Shown: positions 35,712 through 47,930 of the stretch, piece after piece
Layout of the letters: each line of letters starts with the position of its first letter
How positions within the stretch are numbered: position 1 is the first letter of the stretch
NCBI RefSeq assembly: GCF_006345805.1
Contig: NC_043001.1
Location: 67,580,001-67,644,000 of the forward strand
From: Octopus sinensis
Taxonomy: Eukaryota
Direction: 5' to 3'
DNA length: 64,000 nt
Position numbers and translations under genes: made by a program
Notes under the pieces: model-generated
What the model saw: the letters and a program-made list of their open reading frames with translations, nothing else
Told to the model about the DNA's origin: nothing
The model's database searches: none

Positions 35712-37459
35712 CATCATCATCATCATCATCGTTTAACGTCCGTTCTCCATGCTAGCATGGGTTGGATGGTTCGACCGGGGATCTGGGAAGCCAGAAGGCT
35801 GCACCAGGCTCCAGTCTTATCTGGCAATGTTTCTACAGCTGGATGCCCTTCCTAACGCCAACCACTCTGTGAGTGTAGTGGGTGCTTTTTACGTGCCACC
35901 TGCACAGGTGCCAGGCGAGGCTGGCAATGGCCACAGTCGGATTAGTGTATTTTATGTGCCACCGGCACGGAAGCCAGTCGAGGCGGCGCTGGCATCAGCC
36001 ACGAGTCGGATAGTGCTTTTTACGTACCACCAGACCAGGGATCCTGGCTGGTTCAATTCGATTTCCATTTCGCTTGCCCCAACATGTCTTCGCAAGCAAA
36101 GGGGGTTGGCATGGGTGCCTGTCGTACGGTCGGATTGGTGTATTTTACGTGCCACCGGCACGGAAGCCAGTGGAGGCGGCGCTGGCATTGGCCACGAGTC
36201 GGATAGTGCTTTTTACGTACCACCAGACCAGGGATCCTGGCTGGTTCAATTCGATTTCCATTTCGCTTTCGCTTGCCCCAACATGTCTTCGCAAGCAAAG
36301 GGGGTTGGCATGGGTGCCTGTCGTCGGATGAGGTTCTATATCGACTTCGCTTGCCTCAACAGGTCTTTGTGTCCAAGGGAGGAAAGGCATTCATAAGTGG
36401 GCTGGGCTCACTTGTCCTGCTTGGTCTTCTCACGTACAGTATATTTCCAAAGGTCTCGGTCGCTGGTCATTTCCTCAGTGAGGCCTAAAGTTCGAAGGTC
36501 GTGCTTCACCACCTCGTCCCAGGTTTTCCTGGGTCTACCTCTTCCACGGGTTCCCTCAACTGCTAGGGATTGGCACTTTCTCACACACCTATCTTCATCC
36601 ATTCTCGCCACATGACCATACCAGCGCAATCGTCTCTCTTGCACACCACAACTGATGCTTCTTAGGTACAACATTTCTCTCAAGGTACTAACGCTCTGTC
36701 GAGTATGTACACTGACATTACACATCCATCGGAGCATACTGGCTTCATTCCTCACAAGCTTACGCATGTCCTCAGCAGTCATGGCCCATGTTTCACTGCC
36801 ATGTAGCATGGCTGTTCGTACACATGCATCATACAGTCTGCCTTTTACTCTGAGCGAGAGGCCTTTAGTCACCAGCAGAGGTAAGAGCTCCCTAAACTTT
36901 GCCCAGGCTATTCTTATTCTAGCAGTTACACTTTCAGCGCACCCACCCCCACTACTGACTTGGTCACCTAGATAACGGAAGCTATCAACTACTTCTAGTT
37001 TTTCCCCCTGGAAAGTGACGGAAGTTGTTTTCTGCAGATTTTCGGAGGTTAATGCTCCCGAGCATCTGCCACATACAAAAACTATCTTCCCAGTTAGCCT
37101 ACCTTTGACATTGCTGCACCTCTTATGTGTCCATAGCTTACACTGGGTACATCTTATAGAGTTTCTACCTACACCTTTTCTACAGATTGAGCAGGGCCAT
37201 CTACCTGAAAACATTTGTGGATTGTCTACCTTCCTACTTATTAGTACTTTGGTTTTAGCTAGGTTGACTCTAAGGCCCCTCGATTCTAAACCCTCCTTCC
37301 ACACCTGGAACTTCTCCTCCAGTTCTGATAGTGACTCAGCAATTAGAGCAAGGTCGTCAGCGTAGAGGAGCTCCCAGGGGCAACCTGTCTTGAATTCCTC
37401 CGTAATTGCCTGGAGGACTATGATAAATAGGAGGGGGCTGAGTACTGAACCCTGGTGGA

Positions 37460-37460
<1 letters not shown>
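35712..37460 (-). mobile_element. Young 5'-truncated RTE element (family 2)
   Basis: (cat)n tail; 3' UTR with a ~193-bp tandem duplication (35938 / 36131); uninterrupted ORF; truncated at a long (TA)n tract. Confidence 0.92.
36408..37460 (-). CDS. RTE reverse transcriptase C-terminal half with inserted PHD finger (partial)
   Basis: Open frame extends upstream of the track ORF through [12 protein letters not shown] and ELLYADD; then NLAKTKV, C4-H-C3 finger, [30 protein letters not shown]; TGA at 36408-36410. Confidence 0.9.
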
Positions 37461-37690
<230 letters not shown>

Positions 37691-37846
37691 ATTTGCAGGG
37701 CAAGACTGCTAGGTAGTCTGCCACATGCTAGAAATAGATCATCAACGATCAAACTACAAAGAAAGTTCTCTAGAGGAAAAATTCAGCGAGCACCAGAACC
37801 AAATTTGGCAGGCAGGACAGATGAAAATTTATATAAAAATATATAT

Positions 37847-37885
<39 letters not shown>

Positions 37886-38000
37886 TATATAAATATTATT
37901 TTTTAGGGAATAAAAATTCTGGCATTACAGAGTGGTGGTGGTGGGATTAACACAAACATAAAGGTACACATACACACACACACACATATATTTATATTTG

Positions 38001-38048
<48 letters not shown>

Positions 38049-38051
<3 letters not shown>

Positions 38052-38582
38052 ACACAAAACTCTACTTGTGAAGACATGTTGAGGCAAGTGAGGATCAGAA
38101 TCGAAATCGATCAATGGAAATTGCAGATGTGTTACCAGTGCCGGTGGCATGTCGAAACTCTACTTGTGAAGACCCGTTGAGGCAAGTGAGGATCAGAATT
38201 GAAATCGATCAATGGAAATTGCAGATGTGTTACCAGTGCCGGTGGCATGTAAGATAACCTTCCGTTTCGCGACCGTTGCCAGCACCGCCCCGTTTCGTGT
38301 CCGTTGCCAGCCTCGCCTGGCCCTCGTGCCGGTGGCACATAAAAAGCACCATCTGTTCGTGGCCGTTTGCCAGCTCTGTCTGGCACCTGTGCGGGTGGCA
38401 CGTAAAAAGCACCCACTACACTCTCGGAGTGGTTGGCGTTAGGAAGGGCATCCAGCCGTAGAAACACTGCCAGATTTGACTGGGCCTGATGAAGCCTTCT
38501 GGCTTCACAGACCCCAGTAGAACCGTCCAACCCATGCTAACATGGAAAACGGACGCTAAACGATGATGATGATGATGATGAT
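38049..38582 (+). mobile_element. RTE-related 3' UTR/tail copy with a ~98-bp tandem duplication
   Basis: Ends ggttggcgttaggaagggcatccagccgtagaaac...aaacgatgatgatg; inverse of 35712-35900; unit aaactctacttgtgaagac at 38057 and 38155. Confidence 0.85.
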
Positions 38583-40500
38583 ATATTGTGTTTTGCTATA
38601 AATTCAATTAAGCACGTTTCTCATGAATATGTAGTTGATATTTTATAATATAATTTATTAAACTAAGAGGTAAATGTAGTGATTGTAGCTTTAGTAATTT
38701 TAGTTTTTTTACTAATAAAATATATTTTTTTATCAGTTGGATCTGATAATGTTTATGTTTTCCTTTGTTGACCTAGTTGTAATGACCATAACTAGTGCAC
38801 ACAAATATAGATGACATGATACTCTAATATGATAAATAATTAGTAGTTTTTGATACATCATATTTTTTTTTGTTAGTTTACATAATTTAACAAATGCACA
38901 TGCAATTACATGATTAATGTTACTGTTCTCTCTCAACCTATATCTATTTCTCTCTCTCAATCTCTCTCTGTATAACATCTAGTTCATCCTAACTGCAACA
39001 CCACCACCAATAACAACTATTATGTATAACAAATGCATGCACACAACTATATCATACATATTTGTTTATAGATATATATAAACTCATAACAGTTGTGTTG
39101 TCTGTTCTTGTATTGTCCCTTCTTTGTAGAGAATATGTGCTCATAATAAAGAAAATAGAAGCTGTTGAGAGGTTATTTTGGAGTCTCGTGAAGTATGTTG
39201 TGCGAATACATTGATTCATTAAATATTTATACAACTCCTCTTCATTAAATATATATATCCAACGTTTGTTAAGGATATGAAAGTATGTTTGTATGTGCAT
39301 GTGTTTTACGTCTTTACAGCTGCATGTATGAGCACATAGACAGGCCAATGTTTTTGAGGGTGTGTATGTGTTTGTGTGTGGGCGTGACAGTTTGTACATG
39401 TATGTATGTATGTACATGTGTATATGTCTGCATGTATAGATAGGTGGATCAATGCATGTGTGTTGTTATGTGTATGTTTTAACTCTGTAAAGAACAATTG
39501 AAAGAAAATAGTTATTTCCTTCCATTTTTCTCTGATTCAAGAAAGACAAGAAATTTAATTAAAACAATACCTTAAAGGAAATTTGGAATTGTAATTTCAG
39601 TCATTCTTGGTTACTCACACCAAGAAATACTCTTTCAACCCAATTTTTTGTTCTAATATAATTCTTCTTTTATGTAGGACATAACCCATAAGCTTTATGA
39701 CTCCTTACTCCACCCATAGCCATCTGAGGTGAGTTAGGCTAAGGTTCACTGTGAAAGAATAAGAGCTAGGAGCAAGCTCCACTTGCTTTTATTAAAAAAC
39801 TATGGTACGATGAAATCTTGTAAATGCATATTTTTTAATTATTTTCCATTGGTGCTTGAATATAATAGTTGCTGCATATTACTTTCTTACACCAATTTTT
39901 TTTTTTTTTGGTCTAGCAATTTATTTTTCAATCAATTAAATTCTTAACAAAAGAAAAAAATAATTGCCTTTAAAAATAGTGAATTTTGGTGAAGTTTACT
40001 TTTATTTTCATATTATTTATAAACATTTAACAGTAAATTATAACAAAAATTTGAAAATTTGAAATCATTTTAGCCAGCATAATCATAGTTATTTCCTTAT
40101 CAAGGGTTTAAGAAAGTGCAAGATACAGCTTGTTGTGATTGTGCAATTAATTAATAAAATAATTAATTGTACTCTATAATGATCCTGGTAAATGATGTAC
40201 TCCCTAATTTTACAAATCTGTGTGTAAACAAAAATCTTATGATTGGCAAATCCTTTTCCCTGTGACAAAATTATAAAGCAGATGGAATATATAATCACTC
40301 TAGTTATTGATATATTATGTAATGTTTTGTATGTGTACGAATTTCTTTTATGCAACTGGTAATTTACTAAATGTGTGAATATGCATACAGTTAAGAGAGA
40401 ACAGTGTAGCCAAGGGTCACTGCCAAAGGAACTTGTATCTCACTGACTCGGTCTATCTGGCTGTACATTTGTACCATCTAATGCATATATCATTGATATA

Positions 40501-42109
40501 CAGTGGGGGGGAAATAAATATTCGTACACGTCAAAATTCATTATTTAATTGCTAATGAACATAAATGGGATATACCAATACTATATTTGCATACAGATGC
40601 ATAAACTAAGAATATGCAAAAGAAACTAATAAATTATAATAACTAAGGAATTTATATACAATCATAAATATCTAGGGGTGAAAAAAGTATTCGTACAGAA
40701 TAAATTTATGATTTTCTAAGCCACAAAATACTGTTAAAATAATTTTTTTTTACTAGAACTTTCTCGTTTGTTCCAATAATCTTATCAGTTGTCATTTTTA
40801 AGTGTCAAAACGCTAGCTTCTTCATTCAGCACTGAGACAACATAAAGTAGTATCATAATAATAGCGAAAAGTAAAGAACTCACAAATACAGTGAAAAACT
40901 TAATTATTGAACCGTGGAAAGCAGGTAAAAGTTATAGGAAAATATCAGAGATCCTTTGTATTCCATTTTCTACCATATCTTCATTTATTCAAAGATATAA
41001 AAATTGGGAACTGTTGAAAACAGAATAAGATCCAGTGCACCATGCAAGATTTCCCCTAGATCTTTAAGAAAAATGAAGTGAAGAATCGAAAAAAAACGCA
41101 ATGATCACTAGAAAGGAGTTGCAAGACGATTTGTTAGCTTCAGGGACTAGTGTTACACTATGAACAATCAGCAATGAACTTCATAGGAATGAACTGAAGT
41201 CATGCTCTCCTAGAAAAACTCCGCTGTTGACTAAAAGGCATAGAGATGCCCATTTAAAATTTGTTTATGAACATAAAGATAAACCTGATACATCCTGGGA
41301 AAATGTTCTATGGACAAACGAGTTGAAAATTGAATTGTTTGGAAAAAATTCACATAGCTATGTTTGGAGGAAAGACGGTACTGCCTATTCGCCGAAAAAC
41401 ACAAATCCTACCATAAAGTTTGGAGGTGGCAACGTCATGGTGTGGGGGTGTTCCTCTGCAAATGGTGCTGGCAATTTACATGTGATAGATGGTAGAATGA
41501 ATGCAGAGATGTACCAAAATATTTTGAACAATAATTTATGGGACTCTGTAAAAAAGCTCCAACTTTGTGATGGGTGGGTTTTACAACAGGATAACGACCC
41601 TAAGCACATGGCTAAGTCTACCAAAAAACGGATTGCTGAAAACAATATAAAATTATTAGAATGGCCAAGCGAGTCACCTGACTTAAACGCCATTGAAAAT
41701 TTGTGGCGTTATTTGATTTTTAAAATTCATTCAAGAGCCCTAACGTGCATTCCAGATTTGAAGAAAATTTGTCAAGAAGAATGGGAAAAAATTCCTAAAG
41801 AAACATGCAAGTCATTGATTAAGAACTACAAGAAGAGATTGGTTGAAGTGGAACTGAATAATGGTTATGCTATGAAGTATTAAATCAGAATTATCAGTTA
41901 TTTATGTTCTGTATGAATACTTTTTTCACCCCTATATATTTATAATTGTATATAAATTCCTTAGTAACTATAACTTATTAGTTTCTTTTGCATATTCTTA
42001 GTTTATGCATGTGTATGCAAATATAATATTGGTATATCCCATTTATGTTCATTAGAAATTAGATATATAAAGAATTTTGACATGTACGAATATTTATTTC
42101 TTCCCACTG
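40501..42109 (+). mobile_element. Complete Tc1-family DNA transposon with long IR/DR termini
   Basis: TA/CAGTG...CACTG/TA; ~210-bp TIRs (40501-40712, 41895-42109), each with outer and inner direct repeats (aaataaatattcgtaca, aaaaagtattcgtaca); 1609 bp. Confidence 0.95.
40861..41883 (+). pseudogene. Tc1 transposase (DD34E), inactivated
   Basis: Start apparently mutated (ATA GCG AAA AGT AAA GAA CTC); frameshifts in the paired-like DNA-binding region; WTNELKIELF (first catalytic D to N), QQDNDPKH, 34 residues, WPSESPDLNAIENLW. Confidence 0.9.
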
Positions 42110-42534
42110 TATATGTTAAGACTTTGATATTATTGTCTTGTGTCATGCTACTCTGCAATCTTCTCCAGGAACAAATGAATCCTGCAATTAAATATCATTC
42201 AATTAATCTCATGGTTAATTTTGCTTAAATTTAATCAAATAACTGTTGAGTTTATTTAATATGTCAATAAGGCAATTAGTCAATTTACTGCTGAGTCTAA
42301 TATCTATTCCACTCACATGTCTTTCTGTACCTCAAGACTATGTTACAAAATGTTGGATGAAACTTAGAACTACATATTTATGAATGACATGGCCATCAGA
42401 TAATATATTATATTACAGGGCATATACAAAAGCAGGTTGTTCATTGTTGGAACATCTTTGATCACAGAGCTACTAAATGAAGTTTGACATAACACTAAAC
42501 AACACTAACATAAAAAAACATTATGGCTATATTT

Positions 42535-42540
42535 GTGTGT

Positions 42541-42580
<40 letters not shown>

Positions 42581-42625
42581 GTGTGTGTGTGTGTGTGTGT
42601 TTATGTGTGTGTGTGTGTGTGTGTC
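42535..42625. repeat. (GT)n microsatellite
   Basis: Direct reading. Confidence 0.9.
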
Positions 42626-44667
42626 TATTCAGCCTACAACAACAACAAAAAACTTTTCCACAATTCCCTTCTAGACTAACTTCATTTGTCAATATGTTGA
42701 CGCCTTTCTTGTATCTGCTATGATCTTCTATGTTTATTTAGACTCACAGTTTATTGATCCATGAGATGTTTTGTAAGAATGTTACAACTTTGTTTAAAAT
42801 AACTGCTATGTTTTCATCAAGTTTTAATTTGTTTCTTCTGTGTGAGATACTTTTACAAAAGATGCTGTGTATGTAAATAATTGCTTCAATGTCTGAAACC
42901 TCATCTTGTGCAAACTGACTCTACTAAATGAAAAGTCAAGCAGCCAACTGGAACAGCCTTGTTGAAACTGCAATAGCAAAGTGAACTGTCCCTATAGCAA
43001 TATTGGATGTAAATCTATACAAAGTCTTCACTATTGAGTCTGTTATAGTTGCATTGAATGTAAGTTACATAATTTCATGTAGTTCTGATGGAAAGCATGG
43101 CTGCACAAATGGGATTTGTTAGTTGCTGCTGCAGTGATAGAATGGTAGAAATTGTATTAAACCATTACAATTGCAAATGGAACAAAGCAGTCTAAAGAGA
43201 AAGTGTATGGAAGACAAATTGAATTAAACTGAATTCAGTTAACAAGTAAATGAAATTAAATACAATTGAGGCGACTAAATTTAGCTGAGTTTAATAAACT
43301 AACTGATTCAGAATGAGAAAATATTTTAATAAGGTCAAATGTGGACTAAATGAAGTCGGCAGAAACTAATAAATCTGTAGAATTCAAGGAATAATATGGC
43401 AGTGCCATAACCATGAATTAGAAACATTAGAGTGTTTTATTATTTCAATGATTTTAGTATTTGTAATAGTGGGTTATCATAATATTGAAATATTACATGA
43501 CAAGTCTTCCAGGTCTTTCTTGTAATTACTAATAACTCTTTGTTGACTGTTAAACTATTATAGTAGAATATAGCTGATTAGTATGTAACTTATTAGGAAA
43601 TATATATAATTAGTATGTAGCTAATCAATATATGATCAATATTCTTCTTCCAAACTTTACAAGTCTTACCATGGTCTTTGATTATGTGTCACCACTGTTT
43701 GCCAATATCACAAGTTGTCATGCACCGCTCACTTTATCTCTTACATTGAAAGTCTGCAAAAGAGATACCAATTGAGGAATTCTTTGATCAGTCTCTATGA
43801 AAGCATTCTCTGCTTCTCCATCATCATTATCATCATCAGCATCTGTTTGCTTCTTATGTTGGATGGGTTGTCACAGTTTGAGTCACCTCCAGTTATGTAA
43901 TCGTTTTTAAAACTAATCTTAACTTTTCAGAGTAATTTTTATTATTTTTTTTTCTTAATTAGTTAAGCAACTACAAAGCCACTCACTTTTAAAAGAACAC
44001 ATTTGATAATGTAGTTCTAGATATGCTATGTCTGAATGAAAAGTAAGATGGTCTCAGAGGGTGGGGTTTTTTTTACATTAGGAAAGAATACTTTATAACA
44101 GATGTAGAATGACGAATTTAATGTTTCCTTCTGAAAATTTCACTGGCACTTCCCCCCTCCCCCCACTGACAACATTTGCTCATTTGACTCATTTTACTAG
44201 AAATATTCCATTATTTTCAGTGTCTTGACCACTATTTTTCTAATTTTAAAAAAATAAAACTAGGTTATATAAACATTATAGATATTAATCCCTCTCTCTC
44301 TCATATAAATATATACTCTGCTTAAAGTTCCATACTCCTGGATTTGCAAGATTCCAAATACCAGTGGTCTTCATTTCATTGATGTAGCTTCCATTAACTG
44401 AATAGATTGTATGACCTGTTTGTGTTTTACTGTCTAGCCATCATATGTAACATTCTTCACTTTTGATCTATCTTGATCTATTCAACAGATCCTCTTGAAA
44501 TATATACTAAACCATCCATGATACATTGGGTCACCTGGAAAGTCTGGGTTTCCCAACAACAGAGTTTTGTTTCATGGATTTGTTTTGTCTTTTCCAGGTT
44601 ATTTCGCATACTTTCAATGAATATGACATTGAAATCATGCATAAACAGCTCCTTTCCCCGGAAAAGG

Positions 44668-44786
44668 AAAGATTTGACTGCTATTTCTTGCATGCCCTGC
44701 TACCACGTAACAGGTATTTCGAATCCTTTATCACAAATAGCTGTTACGTGGTAGCAGGGCGTGCTAGAAATAGCAACCAAATCTTT
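44668..44786. repeat. 119-nt hairpin with 46-bp arms
   Basis: aaagatttgactgctatttcttgcatgccctgctaccacgtaacag vs its inverse; 42 of 46 complementary; derived from the interspersed repeat seen at 1-945. Confidence 0.9.
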
Positions 44787-44895
44787 GGAGCTGAGATACG
44801 GTGAATGCACTAAAAAAAACTTTTGTAAAGGTATTTCCTTGGGGCAATCTTTCACTTTGACTCTCAGAACTGTCATCTGGACCAGCTGGTTTTGT

Positions 44896-44988
44896 TCGTT
44901 AATTTCCATAAAAAATTTATATTTATATACTTTTGTTTTAAAGTGAAGGAGAGGAAAAAGTGAAAGATGTATGAACGTGTATATGAAA

Positions 44989-45020
<32 letters not shown>

Positions 45021-45333
45021 TGCCACTTACACATACATGAGAACATGCACATTCACTCTCTCTCTCGCTCTTTCTTTCTCAGACACACACAGGAGCACAC
45101 GTACATACAAAAAAGATGTACACATATGTACATATGGTGTATGTACGTATACATGACAACACATCCCTTCACCCTCTCTCTCTTTCATTCTCTTTCCTCC
45201 CTCTCTCTCTCTTTCATTCTCTCTTCTTCTCTCTCTCTCTTTCACCCACACATGTCCATTTCATATACACGTACATATATCTTTCACTTTAAAACAAAAG
45301 TAAATGAATAAAATTTTTTACAGAAATTAACGA
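44896..45333. mobile_element. MITE-like element with ~110-bp TIRs and microsatellite-rich centre
   Basis: tcgttaatttccataaaaaattt...tacttttgttttaaagtgaa...cgtgtatatgaaatg mirrored at the right end; superfamily unknown. Confidence 0.7.
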
Positions 45334-46129
45334 CTTTAAAATAATATTGAAAAACATTAAAATACTGAAAGCTAAAGTATAAATACTTACTGTACAAACA
45401 ACTTACATTTTCTGAAATTACATTCAGTTAAAAATATTTCTAAATGATTAAAATATTGTGTATGTCAAAAAGTCAACGTTATTTTTTTTTCTTGGAGAGC
45501 ACTAAGACTATGTGTGTGTATATGTCACAGATAGCAGACCTGTGTTTGTGTTGACAGCCATGACATTTATTATATGTGTGTGTGTTGACGTCATGGAAGC
45601 CATGTTTTTTTCGTCAAGAAATAACAAACAAAAGTTGTGTTTATTCATTTTCATTAATAAATAGAGGTCCAAATGTCACAAAAATTTGTACTGCATTGCC
45701 AAAGATAAGTATGAAAATAAATATGCAAAACAAATTAAGATAAAATGTACTATTTCTGAGATATTTCAGGTACAAACAAACATCTTTAGAGTTTTAGTAT
45801 TATTAAGAGAGGTAAAAAGACAAATACAGGTATCTCAAATGCCATACAACATAAACCTTCTTTGCCTCTTGGAGATTTATCATAATGGAATGTCAGCTAT
45901 GGAGAATTCTTGATTCTTGTGATTGCACCCCCTTCTCAAGTAGAGATGGTCTCAATTGTCATTTGGTAATTATGATACATGCTCTAGAGATAGACATATT
46001 AGTAATATTAATAAATCAAGAATTTATGTTGTATGGTATTTGATATACCTGCATTTGTCTGTTGTTCATATACACACCACTAGCCATTATGAGTTATTTC
46101 TCTTAGTTCATATTTTTGTTTATATATAC

Positions 46130-47003
46130 TTATATTCTTTTACATGTTTCAGTCATTTGACTGTGGCCATGCAGGAGCACTGCCTTAAAGAGCTTTAGTC
46201 AAACAAATTGACCCCAGGACTTATATCTTAAGCCTAGAACTTATTCTATCGGTCTCCTTTGCTGAACCACTAGATGAACATTGGTTGTCAAGCGATGGGA
46301 GGGGGATACAAATACAGACACAAAGACACACATGCATAAAAATATATATATATTCGAGGGGAAGTCAAAAATTATCCGCACTTTCACCAAAACCTATCCT
46401 TATTATTGTCACACTGCCTTCTGTACATGTGTGCTTATAGTTGATACTATTGTGGTCATGTGATCAAAGTTTGAACTTGATTGTGCCATTTTTTTTCTGA
46501 CTTTACAGTGTAAGTATGGCCACTCCACTAGCAATGTGCACCAAAGAACAAAGAGCAGTGATCTGGGAGATAGTAATGGTCAACAAGTTTACCATTACCA
46601 TCTCTCAAACTTGCTGAATCTTCACATCATTGGTGGAGGTTGACGGGTGTTCTGTTCCCTTTTCATGTGTCATGCTTGTCCAGCCACTTTTAAACTTCTC
46701 AATCCATTCATACACACTTCTATGCAGTAGTGCACTGTCCCCATATTGTACTAAAAGCTTCCAATGAATTTCAGCACCTGACACACCTTCCGACCGGGGA
46801 GTCAGATCACTACTCTTTGTTCTTCTTTGTTATACATTGCTCATGGTGTGGCCATGCTTACGCTGTAAAGCCAGAAAGAAAAACAGCATGATCAGGCTCA
46901 AATTTCAATCATGTGACCACAATAGTACCAACTATAAGTACGCAGAAGGCAGTGTGACAATAATATTTTAGGGTAAAAGTGCACATAATTTTTGACTTCC
47001 TTT

Positions 47004-47043
<40 letters not shown>

Positions 47044-47205
47044 ATGGGTTTCTTTCAGTTTCTATTTACCAAATCCACTTACAAGGGTTTGGTTAGCCTG
47101 AGGTTACTGTTGAAGACACTTACCCAAGGTGTCATGTAGTGGGACTGAACTTGCAACCATATGGTTTGGAAGCAAGCTTCTTACTACACAGCCACGTCTG
47201 CGCTT
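46130..47205 (-). mobile_element. SINE family A split by a mariner-derived MITE
   Basis: Tail at 46130-46350, head at 47040-47205; the insertion lies in the central TA tract. Confidence 0.75.
46355..47005. mobile_element. Mariner-derived non-autonomous element built from two inverted 5' ends
   Basis: ~210-bp inverted arms starting cgaggggaagtcaaaaatta, both reaching the transposase start (MATPLAMCTKE-QRAVI); centre on the minus strand reads SEGVSGAEIHWKLLVQYGDSALLHRSVYEWIEKFKSG (mariner HTH); TA-flanked. Confidence 0.85.
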
Positions 47206-47582
47206 AGTTGAAATAATATATTTTAAGCAGTTATAAGTTATGGCTTGTCATAGAGTGACCGTTGGTTTTGCACCTTTGCCTGTCACAGCTTTGGCGAATA
47301 TCACCACAGTTAGAGCCAATGCAAGGGGAATAACCCTCTTTTACCTGCATCGTGGACAATTATTTTTTGTTTACAAACCAACTGACCATTACGTATTTCT
47401 TCCTCCAGTAGCAGACAGGTTATGCGCCTTTAGCCATTTTAGTCTGACAAGTCACCTATACTGCTAAGTGCTTTATACGTACAAAACCAAAGGTCACTCT
47501 ATAATTTGGTCTTACTGCTCTAATGCTTTAAAATGTCCTTCTTTTTTGGATATATGAACTACTGACAAGATATATATATATA

Positions 47583-47620
47583 TGTGTATGTATGTGTCTA
47601 TCTGTCTGTCTCTCTGTCTA

Positions 47621-47703
<83 letters not shown>

Positions 47704-47779
47704 ATCTATCTATCTATTTATTTATATATATCTATATCTATCTTATCTATATCTATGTATCTATCTATCTATCTATCTG

Positions 47780-47872
<93 letters not shown>

Positions 47873-47930
47873 ATCGATCTATCTATCTATCTATCTATAT
47901 CTATCTATGTATCTATCTATATCTATATAA
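47583..47930. repeat. Long (TATC)n tetranucleotide tract
   Basis: Direct reading. Confidence 0.95.

Noticed and set aside
35749-36396. 215-aa plus-strand ORF with repeated FYVPPA
   Set aside because: Antisense to the repetitive RTE 3' UTR; the repetition comes from DNA tandem duplication
38480-38515. ctgatgaagcc as a hammerhead core
   Set aside because: No GAAA or stem III/cleavage triplet follows; ordinary RTE tail variant
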